A stretch of 64,000 nt of DNA, taken from assembly GCA_963758635.1 (NCBI GenBank), contig CAVWWD010000008.1:768001-832000 (forward strand). Direction: 5' to 3'. The position numbers and the translations under genes were made by a program. Origin of the DNA: an uncultured Candidatus Rokubacteria bacterium. GTDB taxonomy: Bacteria; Methylomirabilota; Methylomirabilia; Rokubacteriales; CSP1-6. Shown here piece by piece: positions 41,019 to 52,328 of this stretch (position 1 is its first letter; each line of letters starts with the position of its first letter). The notes under the pieces were generated by a model. That model made no database searches and was not told the DNA's origin. It saw nothing but the letters and a program-made list of their open reading frames with translations.

Positions 41019-44000
41019 TTACGCAGGCGCGGCGATGCCGGGTGGCGGGGCGGCGGCGCTGGTTACCGGGAGGCCGTCGCAGTAGGTGATCGTGTTGCCG
41101 CGCACGGCGGGCACTCTGGGGCCGGGCGTGATGATGCCGGTGAGGTTGAGGGGATCGACGGCGGCGATCTTCACGATCTCGCCGGTGCGGTCGCGGCGGC
41201 GGGTCGCGCGGAGGGCCTCGACGGCGTCGGGCAGGGCGTACTGCTCGCCCACGAAGCCCGTGACGAAGCGGCCGCCGCGCGCGGTGCCGCGGGCTTCCAT
41301 GCGGCGGAGCGCCCAGAGGATCTCCCGCCACGGCAGGACGAGGCCTTCGCGGACCGCGAGGTCGCGGAACACGACGCCGTAGCGCGCCAGGAGCTGCTCG
41401 GCCACCGCCTCGGCCAGGGTCTCGAGGTCCGCGCTGTCGTCCTCGACCGGCGCGGGCGCGTGCAGCAGCGACCAGCGGCCCTCCCGGCCGAGCGCGAGGT
41501 CGCGGGCCCGCTGGCGGAGGCGGCGGCCGCGCGCGAGCGCGGCGCGCTTGGCCCAGCGCTCCCGCGCGGTCAGGAGCGCGCGGACGCTCCCGAAGCCGTC
41601 GGCGGTGACGAGGCCGCGCGAGACCAGGTCCCAGAGCCCTTCCTCGACCTCCACGCGGAGCCGGCCGGTGATCGCCACGAGGTCGTCGTAGAAGAGCGCG
41701 CCACGCGCCCGCAGGGCCTCGAGCACGTCGCGCGCCGCGCCCTCGCCGGGCAGCAGCGGAGCCGATGCGCCGCGCGACGCGCGGAGCCACCAGCCCAGGT
41801 TGTCCCGAAGCGTGAAGGCGAGCGGCGTCGCCCGTGACGGCACGGCGCCGCCCCGGCCGGCAGGCTCCGCGGGAGGCGGGGCGTCCCCGGTCGCGGGGCG
41901 CGTGGTCAGGCGGCCCCACGCGACCGCGCCGGACAGGCACGCGTCGTCGAGCCACTCGGGACGATACGCGCCGACCCGCGCGGGGAGCACGGACTCCTCC
42001 CAGGAGCCGGCGGCCACCTCGACGCCCTGGAGCTGCTCGATCACCGCGAGCACGCCGCGCCGCCCTTCCACCTGCGTGTCCGGCGCCACGTGCTGCCAGC
42101 GCAGCAGGAAGCGCATGAAGTCCTGCGCGGTGACGGGCTCGATCTCGCGGCGGAGGCGGTCGGTGGTGTACCGGTGGATCCGGGCGAGGAGGCGCCGCTC
42201 GCAGTACTCGACGGCGTCGTCCCCGCGGGCCGGATCGAAGCGCCCCCGCAAGGCGAACCCTTCCATCTCGAGCCGCGCGAGGGCCGCGTCCATCGACGAC
42301 GCCGGCAGGCCGGTGAACCCGGCCAGCTCGGCGGCGGTCGACGGGCCCACGGTGGCGAGATGGCCGCGCGCCACCGCCACCGCGGCGGCCTCGGGGCCGA
42401 CCGGGCCGCGGGTGCGGAGGGTCTCGGGAAGCGTCACGTCGGGATCGACGGGCGCGCCGGGCAGGAGCGCGTCCACCAGGTGCCGGCGCTCGGTGGCGAG
42501 CCAGAGCGGGCCGTCCGGACCCTCGACCCGCGCCGCGCGCCCGTGGCGGACCAGCTCGTCGAACCACGCCGACCACTCCGCGCCCGGCCGCATCAGCACC
42601 AGTCCCAGGAGCGTGTCGTGCAGCTCCTCGGCGTCGCGGGGGCCGGGGCGCGCCTCGTCGCGCACGCGGAGCGATGGCGTCGGGATCGAGCCGGCCCAGC
42701 TCGCGGACACTGTCGGGGAGGCCACGGCGCAGCGCGACCGCGCGCGTGCGGCGCTCCTCGAGCGGCGCGTCGTCCAGGTACGTGTAGGGCCGCCCGTTCA
42801 GGATCTCGTGGGACATCGGCGAGGGCTCGGCGGAGTCCACGAAGTGCGGCCGCACCGCGCCGGTCTCGATGCGCTCGAGGAGCGCCACGAGCCCGTCCAC
42901 GTCGGTGGCCTCGTGCAGGCAGTCGTGCATGGTCTGCCGGACCATCGGATGCTCGGGAATGTCGATGGGCCCGGCGCCTGCGTTCTCCTGGCAGGCGGCG
43001 AGCGCGGGGAAGACGGCGGCGAGCAGGTCGTCGGCCTCCATGCGCTGGATCGGCGGCGGGTTGCGCCGGCCGCCGCGCTGGCGCAGCACCACGAGGGCGC
43101 GGCCCAGGTTCCACCGCCACCGCACCTGGAACATGGGCGACAGCAGGAGCGCCTGGGCGAGCGTGTCCTCCGCGGTGGCCGACGTGAGGAAGCGCGGCAG
43201 CTCCTCGAGCGGGAGGGACTGGCCGGTCCCGAGCGAGATGACCACCGCGTCGTCGCTCGCCGCCGCCTGCAGCTCGAAGTCGAAGCGGCGGCAGAAGCGC
43301 TTCCGGAGGGCGAGGCCGAGGGCCCGGTTGATCCGGCCGCCGAGCGGCGAGTGGATCACGAGCTGCATCCCGCCCGCCTCGTCGAAGAACCGCTCGAAGA
43401 CGAGGTCCTTCTGGGTGGGGATGACGCCCAGCGACTGCTGCGCGGCGGCGAGGTAGCCGACGATCTCGGTGGCGGCCACCGCGCTCACGCCGCACTCCGC
43501 CTGGACCCAGGCCTGCGCGGCCGCGCGGTCTCCAGCGCGAAGCAGGCGGTCCAGGTGGTCGCGGAGGTCGGAGACTTCCCCCGAGAGCTCGGCGGTCCGT
43601 GCCGGCGCTTCGCCCAGCCAGAACGGCACCGAGGGCGGGGCGCCCTGCGCGTCCACCACGCGGACGATCCCTGCCTCCACCCGGCGGATGCGCCACGACG
43701 TGCTGCCGAGGAGGAACGTGTCGCCGGCCATGCTCTCGATGGCCCAGTCCTCGTTCACCGTGCCCACGACGGTGTCGTCGGGGTCGGCCACGACCTTGTA
43801 GTCCGCCGTCTCGGGGATGGCGCCGCCCGAGGTCAGGGCGGGGAGGCGCGCGGCCCGGCGCGCGCGCAGGACGCCGTTGACGCGGTCGTGGTGAAGCCAG
43901 GCGCCCCGCGTGCCGCGGCCCGTCTGGATGCCGTCGGACAGCATGTCCACGACCTCGTCGAAGTCGGCCCGGGCCAGCTCCGCGTACGGCGCGGCGCGGG

Positions 44001-45324
44001 TGACCAGGGCGTAGAGGTCGTCAACCCGCCATGGCTCCGCCACCGTCGCGGCCACGATCTGCTGAGCCAGGATGTCCAGCGGCGCCACGGGCGGCAGGAC
44101 GCGGTCGAGGCGCCCCGCACGCACCCCGCGGAGCAGCGCCGCGCTCTCCACCAGCTCGTCGCGCGTGGTCGGGTAGAGCCGGCCCTTCGGCGTGGCCCCG
44201 CGCGCGTGCCCCGAGCGTCCCACGCGCTGGAGGAACGTGGCGAGGCTCCGCGGCGAGCCGATCTGGCAGGCCAGCTCAACGGGACCGATGTCGATGCCCA
44301 GCTCGAGCGACGCGGTCGCGACCAGGACCTTCAGGTCGCCCGCGCGCAGCCGCGACTCGAGGGTGAGCCGCCGGCCCTTCGAGAGGCTCCCGTGGTGCGC
44401 CGCGACCTTGTCCTCGCCCACGCGCTCGGCGAGGAGGTGGGCGAGCCGCTCGGCGAGCCGGCGCGTGTTCACGAAGACCAGCGTGGTGCGATGCTGGGCC
44501 ACGTGCCCGGCGATGCCGTCGAGGATCTCCCCCCACTGCTCGTGGGAGGCCACGGCCTCGAGCGGGGTCTGCGGCAGCTCGATCGCGAGGTCGAGCGCGC
44601 GCCGGTGTCCGAGGTCCACGATGCGGCACGCCGGACGGCCCTCGGCGTCCGTTCGCCCGGGGCCCGCGCCCACGAGCAGGCGGGCGATGGTCTCGATGGG
44701 GCGCTGGGTCGCGGACAGGCCGATCCGCTGCGCGCGCCCCCCGCAGAGCGCGTCGAGGCGCTCGAGGGTCAGGGCCAGGTGGGATCCGCGCTTGTCGCGC
44801 GCGACGGCGTGGATCTCGTCGACGATGACCGCGCGCACGCGGCGGAGGCGCTCGCGGCTCCGGCCCGCCGTCACCAGGAGGTACAGCGACTCCGGGGTGG
44901 TCACCACCAGGTGCGGGGGGCGCTTGATCATGGCGGCCCGCGCGGACGAGGGCGTGTCGCCGGTACGCAGGAGGACCCGCAGCTCCGGCACGTCGAGGCC
45001 CAGCTCGCGCGCGGTGGCCCGGATCTCGGATAGCGGCGCCCGCAGGTTCTGCTCGATGTCGGCGGCGAGGGCCTTGAGCGGCGAGACGTAGACGACCTCG
45101 GGCCCCTCGTCGTCGTCCGGGGACGGGGGACGCCGCATCAGCCGGTCGATGGCCACGAGGAACGCGGCGAGCGTCTTGCCGGAGCCCGTCGGCGCGGCGA
45201 TCAGGGTGTCGTCGCCGGCGGCGATGGCGGGCCAGCCCGCCTCCTGGGGCTCGGTCGGGCCCAGGGGGAATCGCCGTTCGAACCAGGCGCGGACGGCGGG
45301 ATGGAACGATGCCAGCGCGGACAT
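41019..45324 (-). CDS. lhr: Lhr-family DEAD/DEAH-box helicase (frameshift at ~42672)
   Basis: APTGSGKT, SPLKAL, TTPESL, DEIH, LSATQ, HHGSL, LELGIDIG, QRVGRSGH; C-terminal LLARYGVVFR, RGGRFVTGFVGEQY. Confidence 0.93.
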
Positions 45325-45378
45325 GCGCGTGAAGTGTACCAGAGCCCTCGCGGGCCCACCGCCGGCCGCGGCGCACCA

Positions 45379-45423
45379 GGGTCAGGTCTTGAAATACGAC
45401 AGATGCTGCAATTCAAGACCTGA
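45379..45423. repeat. REP-like inverted doublet, family R3, copy 2
   Basis: GGGTCAGGTCTTGAAATACGACA-GA-TGCTGCAATTCAAGACCTGA. Confidence 0.85.
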
Positions 45424-45515
45424 ATGTGCGGGCGTGACCGTGAAGGCGCGGGTGGATGGGGCCGGGCAGAACGCGGTAGCAATGCCGGGGGACATGGAGT
45501 AAGACAGGGGCCCAG

Positions 45516-46326
45516 ATGAACCGTCGCGCGCTCGGACGCCTCGCCTTGAACGCCGCCGCCGCGGCATCGCTCGGCCTGATCCTGCTGCCGCTGGTGTTCG
45601 TGGTGTGGCTCGCCTTCTTCCGTCAGGCGATCCCGTCTTTTCCGCCCCAGGGCTACAGCTTCAAGTGGTTCCTCGCGATCTCGGAGAGCCCGCGCTTCGT
45701 GGACGGGTTCTGGCTGAGCCTGAAGATCGCGGTGACGGCCATGCTCATCGGCCTGGGCGGGGGCGTGCCGGCGGCGCTGTGCCTGGCGCGCTACCGGTTC
45801 CGCGGGCGGGAGCCGCTCGGGAACCTGCTCCTGCTGCCGCTCATGGTGCCCGGCATCGTGCTCGGCACCTCGCTCTACGTCTTCCACGTGGAGGCCACGA
45901 TCGCCACGGGGCTCCCGATCCTGGGCTCGATCGCCGCGCTCATGGCCGGCCACGTCCTCATCGTGATCCCGTGGACGGTGCGGCTGGTCAGCGCGAGCCT
46001 CGCCGGGCTCGACCGGAGCATCGAGGAGGCGGCGCAGAGCCTCGGCGCGCGGCCGCTGACCACGTTCCTCCGCGTCACGCTGCCGAGCCATCCGGCCCGG
46101 CATCGTGGCCGCGGCGCTCTTCGGCTTCGTGGTGTCGTTCGGCAACCTCGAGATGTCGATGTTCCTGGTGGGGCCCGGCCGCACCACCCTGCCGATCACG
46201 ATCCTCCAGTACCTCGAGTACCGCATCGATCCCACGATCGCCGCGGTGTCGGTGCTCCAGATCCTGCTGATCGGCGGCGCCATGGCCGTGACCGACCGCT
46301 TCGTGAAGCTCTCGCGGGTGGTGTGA
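45516..46326 (+). CDS. ABC permease, PotC-like (frameshift at ~46090)
   Basis: FPPQGYSFKWF, EAA motif IEEAAQSLGA, TTLPITI. Confidence 0.88.
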
Positions 46327-46327
46327 G

Positions 46328-47416
46328 GTGGCCCGCCTCGAGGTCGCCGGCCTGTCGAAGCACTTCGGCGCCACCGTGGCGGTGAGCGACGTCTCGCTCG
46401 ACGTGCGCGACGGCGAGTTCGTCGTGCTCCTCGGGCCCAGCGGCTGCGGCAAGACCACCACGCTCCGCATGGTCGCGGGGTTCATCGCGCCCACCGCGGG
46501 CCGCGTGCGCCTGGGCGGGGTGGACGTGACCGCGCTGCCGCCGTGGAAGCGGAACGCCGGCATGGTGTTCCAGAGCTACGCGCTCTTCCCGCACCTGACC
46601 GTGGCCGAGAACGTGGCCTTCGGCCTCGAGATGCGCAAGGTGGCGCGCGCGGAGGCGGGGGATCGCGTGGCGGAGGCGCTCCGGCTCGTCCGGCTCGAGG
46701 GGCTGGCCGCGCGCCTGCCGCGCCAGCTCTCGGGCGGACAGCAGCAGCGGGTGGCCCTCGCCCGCGCCCTCGTGATCCGTCCCGACGTGCTGCTGCTCGA
46801 CGAGCCGCTGTCGAACCTCGACGCGAAGCTCCGCGAGACGGTGCGGGTGGAGATCCGCGAGCTCCAGCACGCGCTCGGCATCACCACGGTGATGGTCACG
46901 CACGACCAGGAGGAGGCGCTGATCATGGCCGACCGGCTGGTCGTCATGGCCGAGGGCGCGGTGCGCCAGGTCGGCACCCAGCGCGACCTCTACGAGCGGC
47001 CGGCCGACGCGTTCGTGGCGGGCTTCGTGGGCCGGAGCAACCTCCTCGCCGGGGCGGTGACGGGGCCGGGGCGGTTCCGCAGCGACGGCGGCCTCTCCAT
47101 CGCCTGCGCCGACGGGGCGACGGGCCCCGGCGTGATCGCGCTCCGGCCGGAGCGGCTCGTGCTGGGCGCGGGCGCGGCGGGCCTCGACAACCGCGTGACG
47201 GGCACGGTGGAGCTGGTCTCCTACCTGGGCTCGTCGATCGACGTCCACGTGCGCGTGTCGCCGGCCGACCGCGTGGTGGTGAGCCAGCCGAACCGCGCGG
47301 ATGCCACGCTGCCGAAGGAGGGCGACACGATCGACGTGGGCTGGCCCGCCGGCGCCGGCGTGGTGCTCGCCGCCGGCCGCGACCGGACGGACCGACAACC
47401 GACCGAGACAGCGTAA
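46328..47416 (+). CDS. ABC ATP-binding protein, PotA-like
   Basis: GPSGCGKT, FQSYALFPH, LSGGQQQR, LLLDEP, VTHDQEEA. Confidence 0.95.
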   Translation: MARLEVAGLSKHFGATVAVSDVSLDVRDGEFVVLLGPSGCGKTTTLRMVAGFIAPTAGRVRLGGVDVTALPPWKRNAGMVFQSYALFPHLTVAENVAFGLEMRKVARAEAGDRVAEALRLVRLEGLAARLPRQLSGGQQQRVALARALVIRPDVLLLDEPLSNLDAKLRETVRVEIRELQHALGITTVMVTHDQEEALIMADRLVVMAEGAVRQVGTQRDLYERPADAFVAGFVGRSNLLAGAVTGPGRFRSDGGLSIACADGATGPGVIALRPERLVLGAGAAGLDNRVTGTVELVSYLGSSIDVHVRVSPADRVVVSQPNRADATLPKEGDTIDVGWPAGAGVVLAAGRDRTDRQPTETA

Positions 47417-47525
47417 ACGAATGGCGAAAAGGCGTGCCGCGTGTTCGCGGAAGCGCGGTGTTGCTCCGCTTGCTGAAGCCGACATCCCGGTTGCTTGACC
47501 ACATGGACAACAAGGAGGAGAGACG

Positions 47526-48594
47526 ATGACCGAACGTATCGATTCCCGCATCAGCCGGCGTCAGGTGCTCGCGGGCGCGGCGGCCCTCGCCGGGGCGGGC
47601 GCGCTCGGCGCGGCGCCCGGCCTCGCCCAGGGGAGCAAGAGGATCGTGCTGTCCACGTGGGGCGGCGACTACGCGAAGCTCCTGACCAAGCACATCTCGA
47701 CGCCCATCCTGGCCCCGAAGGGCTGGGAGGTGGTGAACGACGAGGCCCAGGTGGTCCAGCGGAAGGCCAAGACGGTGGCGGAGAAGCGGCTGCCCAAGGG
47801 CACCTCCGACATCCAGGCCCTGACCGCCACGGACATCGCCGAGCTGACGCAGGTCGAACGTCCTCGAGAAGCTCGACCACGCCAAGCTCAAGAACGCCAG
47901 GAACCTGATGAAGATCTTCAGCATCGCCGACTCGCCGTACTTCTCGCCGCACATCTTCAGCGGCAAGGTGGTCCTGTACAACCCGAAGCTGATCCCGAAC
48001 GCTCCCAAGGGCATCGACGCCCTCTGGGACCCGAAGAACCAGGGGAAGGTGGGCGTGGTCGACATCCAGCACATCTACACGACCATGGCCGCCGCCCTCG
48101 TGGCCGGTGGCAAGACCGGCGACTTCGACAAGGCCAAGAAAGCGCTCCTCGACCTGAAGAAGCTCAAGCCGCGCATCTATCCGAGCAACGAGGCGCTCGC
48201 CCAGGGGCTTCAGACGGAGGAGGTCGGGCTCTGCATCATGTGGAAGGCGCGCGCGGTGCAGTGGCAGAACGCCGGCGCCAACATCCTGACGGTGGCGCCC
48301 AAGGAAGGCATCATCACCTACGTCTCCGGCTTCGCCGTTCCGAAGAACGCGCCGAACCGGGACGGCTCCTACGCGTTCCTCGACGCGGCGATGGAGCCGT
48401 CCGCCCAGGAGGGCTTCGCGGTCGACATGGGCTATAACCCGGTGGTCGCCAACGCGAAGGTCGCCGCCGACCTCAAGAAGCGCATCGGGTTCGGCCCGGA
48501 GGAGGAGAAGCTCTTCGTCAACCCGGACCTCGCGTTCCTCGCGAAGCACGCGTCCGACGTGAAGGACTTCTGGGACAAGGAGTTCAAGGCCTGA
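47526..48594 (+). CDS. ABC substrate-binding protein, PotD-like, Tat signal (frameshift at ~47857)
   Basis: SRRQVL twin-arginine motif; STWGG; continues LEKLD..LWDP..PKEG..FWDKEFKA. Confidence 0.85.
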
Positions 48595-48618
48595 GGCGAT
48601 AGGGAGGCGGCGGGCGCC

Positions 48619-49515
48619 GTGGCCATCGGCGCCGAGCGGGTGGGGGCGCTCGCCGCGCGTGAACAGCGCGGCGGGCGCCTCTCCACCGCCGCCGCCCTCG
48701 TTGGGCCCGCCACCATCTTCGTCACCGTCGGCCTGCTGCTGCCGATCCTCATCCTGTTCCGCTACAGCCTGAACGCCTTCGTGCCCGGCAAGCTGATGGT
48801 CGAGGCGCTCACCGTCGAGAACTACGTGCTGTTCGTCACCGACCCGTACTACCTCGCCGCCTTCACGCGCACGCTCCGCGTGGCGGTGATCGTCACCGCG
48901 CTCGCGCTCGTGTTCGCGTTCCCGCTCGCCTACGCGCTGGCGCGCACGCAGAGCCGGTTCAAGAACCTCCTGGTCATGCTGGTGGTGCTCCCGCTCTTCG
49001 TCGGCAACGCCGTGCGCGCGGCGGGGTGGATGACGCTCCTCGGTAACCGCGGCTTCGTCAACGTCACGCTCCAGTGGCTCGGGATCACGGGCGAGCCCAT
49101 CCGCTTCATGTACACGGAGTTCGCCGTGATCCTGGGCATCCTGACCGTGAACCTGCCCTACGTGGTGCTGACCCTCCAGAGCGTGATCGAGGGCATCGAC
49201 CGCGCGGTGGAGGACGCCGCGTTCAGCCTGGGCGCGGGGCCGTTCACGATGGCGCGGCGCGTGCTCCTGCCGCTGGCCCTGCCCGGCGTGGCCGCGGGGG
49301 CCATCTTCTGCTTCATCCTCACCATGAACGCGTACGCCACGCCGGTGCTGCTCGGCGGGCCGCAGTTCACGATGATGGGACCGCTCGTCTACGTGCAGTT
49401 CGCGGCGAAGAGCAACTGGCCTTTCGGGGCCGCGGTGTCGTTCGTGCTGATGACGGCGACGCTCATCCTGACCGCGGCGGCCAACCTCCTGGTCCAGCGC
49501 CGCTATCGCGCCTGA
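48619..49515 (+). CDS. ABC permease, PotB-like
   Basis: FPLAYAL, LPYVVL, VEDAAFSLGA, NWPFGAA. Confidence 0.92.
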   Translation: MAIGAERVGALAAREQRGGRLSTAAALVGPATIFVTVGLLLPILILFRYSLNAFVPGKLMVEALTVENYVLFVTDPYYLAAFTRTLRVAVIVTALALVFAFPLAYALARTQSRFKNLLVMLVVLPLFVGNAVRAAGWMTLLGNRGFVNVTLQWLGITGEPIRFMYTEFAVILGILTVNLPYVVLTLQSVIEGIDRAVEDAAFSLGAGPFTMARRVLLPLALPGVAAGAIFCFILTMNAYATPVLLGGPQFTMMGPLVYVQFAAKSNWPFGAAVSFVLMTATLILTAAANLLVQRRYRA

Positions 49516-49525
49516 GGATGACCCG

Positions 49526-50410
49526 ATGAAGATCACGCTGCTCGGAACCGGCAACCCCGCCCCGTCGCTGTCGCGCATGAGCCCCGGCTACATGGTCCGG
49601 GTCGGTGAGGACCTGATCGTGCTGGACCACGGCCCGGGCAGCCACCACCGGCTGCTCCAGACGGGCGCTCGCGCCGTGGACGTCACCCATGCGTTCTTCA
49701 CGCACCTGCATTACGACCACTTCCTGGACCTCCCGCGGCTGGTGCTGACGCGCTGGGACCACGGCGCCGGGCAGGTGCCGGAGCTCAAGGTGTACGGCCC
49801 GCGGCCGATCCGCCGCCTCGTGGACCGGCTCATCGGGCCCGACGGCGCGTTCGGGCCCGACATCGAGGCGCGGACGAAGTGGGACGCGAGCCTCTACGTG
49901 TATCGGAACCGCGGCGGGGTGGAGCCGCGCCGGCCGCCCGCGCCCGAGGTGACCGAGATCGGCAAGGGCGACACGGTGGAGACCGCGCGGTGGCGCGTGC
50001 AGGCGATCGAGGTGCCGCACGCCCAGCCCCACCTGACGTGCCTCGGGCTCCGGCTGGACTGCGACGAGGGCTCGGTCGTCTACACCGGCGACACGGGGCC
50101 GAGCAAGGCCGTCGAGAAGCTGGCCGAGGGCTGCGACGTGCTCATCCACATGTGCTCGCACATCAGCGGGTCCGTGGACGACCCGGCCACCCGCGCCGGC
50201 ACCAGCGGCCATCTGGACGCGGCCCGCGCCGCCGCGGCGGCGGGCGCGCGCTGCCTCGTGGCCTCGCACGTCTACGACCAGTTCGACCGGCCGGGCGTGC
50301 GCGAGCGTGTGATCGCCGAGATGGCGCGCATCTACGACGGCGTGATCGTGCTCGGCGAGGACCTCATGGAGCTGACCGCCGACCCGCGGAAGCCCGGCAT
50401 CTACCGGTAG
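49526..50410 (+). CDS. MBL-fold metallo-hydrolase (RNase Z/arylsulfatase-like)
   Basis: LLGTG, THLHYDH, YTGDT, DVLIH. Confidence 0.88.
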   Translation: MKITLLGTGNPAPSLSRMSPGYMVRVGEDLIVLDHGPGSHHRLLQTGARAVDVTHAFFTHLHYDHFLDLPRLVLTRWDHGAGQVPELKVYGPRPIRRLVDRLIGPDGAFGPDIEARTKWDASLYVYRNRGGVEPRRPPAPEVTEIGKGDTVETARWRVQAIEVPHAQPHLTCLGLRLDCDEGSVVYTGDTGPSKAVEKLAEGCDVLIHMCSHISGSVDDPATRAGTSGHLDAARAAAAAGARCLVASHVYDQFDRPGVRERVIAEMARIYDGVIVLGEDLMELTADPRKPGIYR

Positions 50411-50536
50411 CCGTGAAGTCTCACGAGGCGGTCTGAGACGCCGCTCGAACACGGGCCACCGTCCCTTTGCCGATGCCCCTCGCGAACCAGGTGTTCATAA
50501 ATGACCCGCGCGGCCCTCCTCGGGCCGCCACGACGG

Positions 50537-50710
50537 TCAATCGTCGTCGTCCAGCCTGGCGAGGAGGTCGGCGATGCTCGCGTCGCCCGCGGGCGGGCGC
50601 CAGTCGACCTGCACCACCGTGACGCCCTGGGCCTCGAGCGCCTCGGCGAACGCGTCGAGGCCGATGTTCACCACCTGGAGCGGCTGGCCAAGCAGGCTCT
50701 CCGAGCTCAC
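50537..50710 (-). CDS. 57-aa FdrA-associated small protein
   Basis: Own translation MSSESLLGQPLQVVNIGLDAFAEALEAQGVTVVQVDWRPPAGDASIADLLARLDDDD; GTGA overlap with the fdrA stop; below the ORF-track cutoff. Confidence 0.8.
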   Translation of the reverse strand: MSSESLLGQPLQVVNIGLDAFAEALEAQGVTVVQVDWRPPAGDASIADLLARLDDDD

Positions 50711-52299
50711 AGGGCGGCTCCGAGGACCTTCGCGGCCACGTGCGGGGCGGTGAGGAGGGCCGCGAAGCGCGCGGCCTGGGCGCTCGACGGCAGCACGTGG
50801 ACGCCGGCGGCCCGCAGCGTCCCGATCTGGTCCGAGAGCCGTTGCGGGTCGTCCTCCGTGCCGACGACCGACGCCACGGCGTGGAGCGCGCGGCCGTCGG
50901 CCGCGGCCCGCCGCCGGGCCTCGCGGACCGCATCGGCAAGCGGCCGCGCCGGGTCGGGATGGGCGACGCGGCCCAGCACCACGTCGAGCAGCAGCACCGA
51001 CACCTCCGCGCTCGCCCCCGCCTCGCGCACGCGCGCGTCCCGCAGCGTCGGGTCCAGCATCGGGTGGGGCCGCCCCACCGTGAACTCGTCCGCCCCCAGA
51101 TCGAGGATTCGTACGCGCCCTGCAGCCCCCTCTCCCCCTGCGCGGGGGAGAGGGGCAGGGGAGAGGGGGGGCCTGATCAACGGGAACAGCTCAAGCGCTC
51201 CCAGGAGCGCTTCGATCAGCAGACGCGCCTCGTGGGCGAGGGTGCCGCCGGTGAAGAGCCCGAGCAGGCCGCCGCGGGCGTCCGCACCCTTCGTCAGGCG
51301 GTCCAGCGACGCACGGACGCCCGCCGCGTCGTCGAACGTGCACGGTGTCCACGCGCGGCCCCGGGCCGTCGCGACGGCGGCGCGCGCCGCGTCCTCCAGG
51401 GTGGCGACCCACTGTCCGGGCGCTCCCGGCCGCGGCCCGACGCCGAGACAGCAGACGACCACGGGCTTGCCGGCGGCGCGGATCGCCTCGTCCAGCCGCG
51501 GCAGCAGCTCGGGCGCGGGCGGCTTCGAGACGAGGAGGATCACCTCGGTGGCCGGGTCGGCGCGGAGCGTCTCGAGCGCCAGGGTCGTCATGACGCCACC
51601 GACCGCGGCCGAGAGGTCGCGGCCGCCGACGCCGATGCCGTGGGAGAGCCCCTCCCCGAGCGCGGCCACCCCGGACGCGACGGCTTGCAGCCCCGTGCCC
51701 GACGCGGCCACGCAGCCGATCCGCCCGCGGGGCACCACGTTGGCGAACCCGAGGCCGACGCCGTCCAGGTAGGCGGTGCCGCAGTCCGGCCCCATGCAGA
51801 GGAGCCGGCGCTCCGCGGCCACCCGCTTCAGCTCGATCTCGTCGGCCAGGGGCACGTTGTCGCTGAACAGGAACACGTGGAGCCCGCGCCGGAGCGCGGC
51901 GAGCGCTTCGAGCTTCGCGTACGCGCCCGGCACGGAGACGACGGCGAGCCGTGCGCCCGGGAGCGCCCGCAGCGCCGTCTCGAGCGTGCGGGGCCGGGCC
52001 GGCCCCGCGCTCTCGCGGACCCGGGCCTGCGCCTCGAGGAGGCTCGCGGCGCGGTCGAGCGCGGCCACCGCCGCCGCGTCGGCGTCGGCCTGCACGGAGA
52101 TGATCAGGTCGCCCGGCGTCGCGGCGCGCGTGTCGCCCGTGGCGAGGCCGGCCGCGCCGAGCAGCTCGTGGTTGGCCGGGGTGCCCATGAGGGCCGCCAC
52201 CTCCCGCACGCCGGGCAGGGCGGAGAGCTCGGCGGCGAGCTGCATCAGGACCATCGAGTCCCGGTAGTCCGAGCGTCGCACGGCGGCGCGAACGGCCAT
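50707..52299 (-). CDS. fdrA: FdrA family acyl-CoA synthetase-like protein
   Basis: YRDSMVLM, MGTPAN, FSDNV, MGPDCGT, ASGTGLQ, GGRDL, SKPP, GGTLA, GRPHPM. Confidence 0.92.
   Translation of the reverse strand: MAVRAAVRRSDYRDSMVLMQLAAELSALPGVREVAALMGTPANHELLGAAGLATGDTRAATPGDLIISVQADADAAAVAALDRAASLLEAQARVRESAGPARPRTLETALRALPGARLAVVSVPGAYAKLEALAALRRGLHVFLFSDNVPLADEIELKRVAAERRLLCMGPDCGTAYLDGVGLGFANVVPRGRIGCVAASGTGLQAVASGVAALGEGLSHGIGVGGRDLSAAVGGVMTTLALETLRADPATEVILLVSKPPAPELLPRLDEAIRAAGKPVVVCCLGVGPRPGAPGQWVATLEDAARAAVATARGRAWTPCTFDDAAGVRASLDRLTKGADARGGLLGLFTGGTLAHEARLLIEALLGALELFPLIRPPLSPAPLPRAGGEGAAGRVRILDLGADEFTVGRPHPMLDPTLRDARVREAGASAEVSVLLLDVVLGRVAHPDPARPLADAVREARRRAAADGRALHAVASVVGTEDDPQRLSDQIGTLRAAGVHVLPSSAQAARFAALLTAPHVAAKVLGAAL
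51126..51170. repeat. REP-like CCCTCTCCC/GGGAGAGGG hairpin inside fdrA
   Basis: CCCCCTCTCCCCCTGCGCGGGGGAGAGGGGCAGGGGAGAGGGGGG, translated as PPLSPAPLPRAGGEG. Confidence 0.7.
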
Positions 52300-52328
52300 C
52301 GCGGAGCGCCCCCGTGGCCGCGCCCGCG

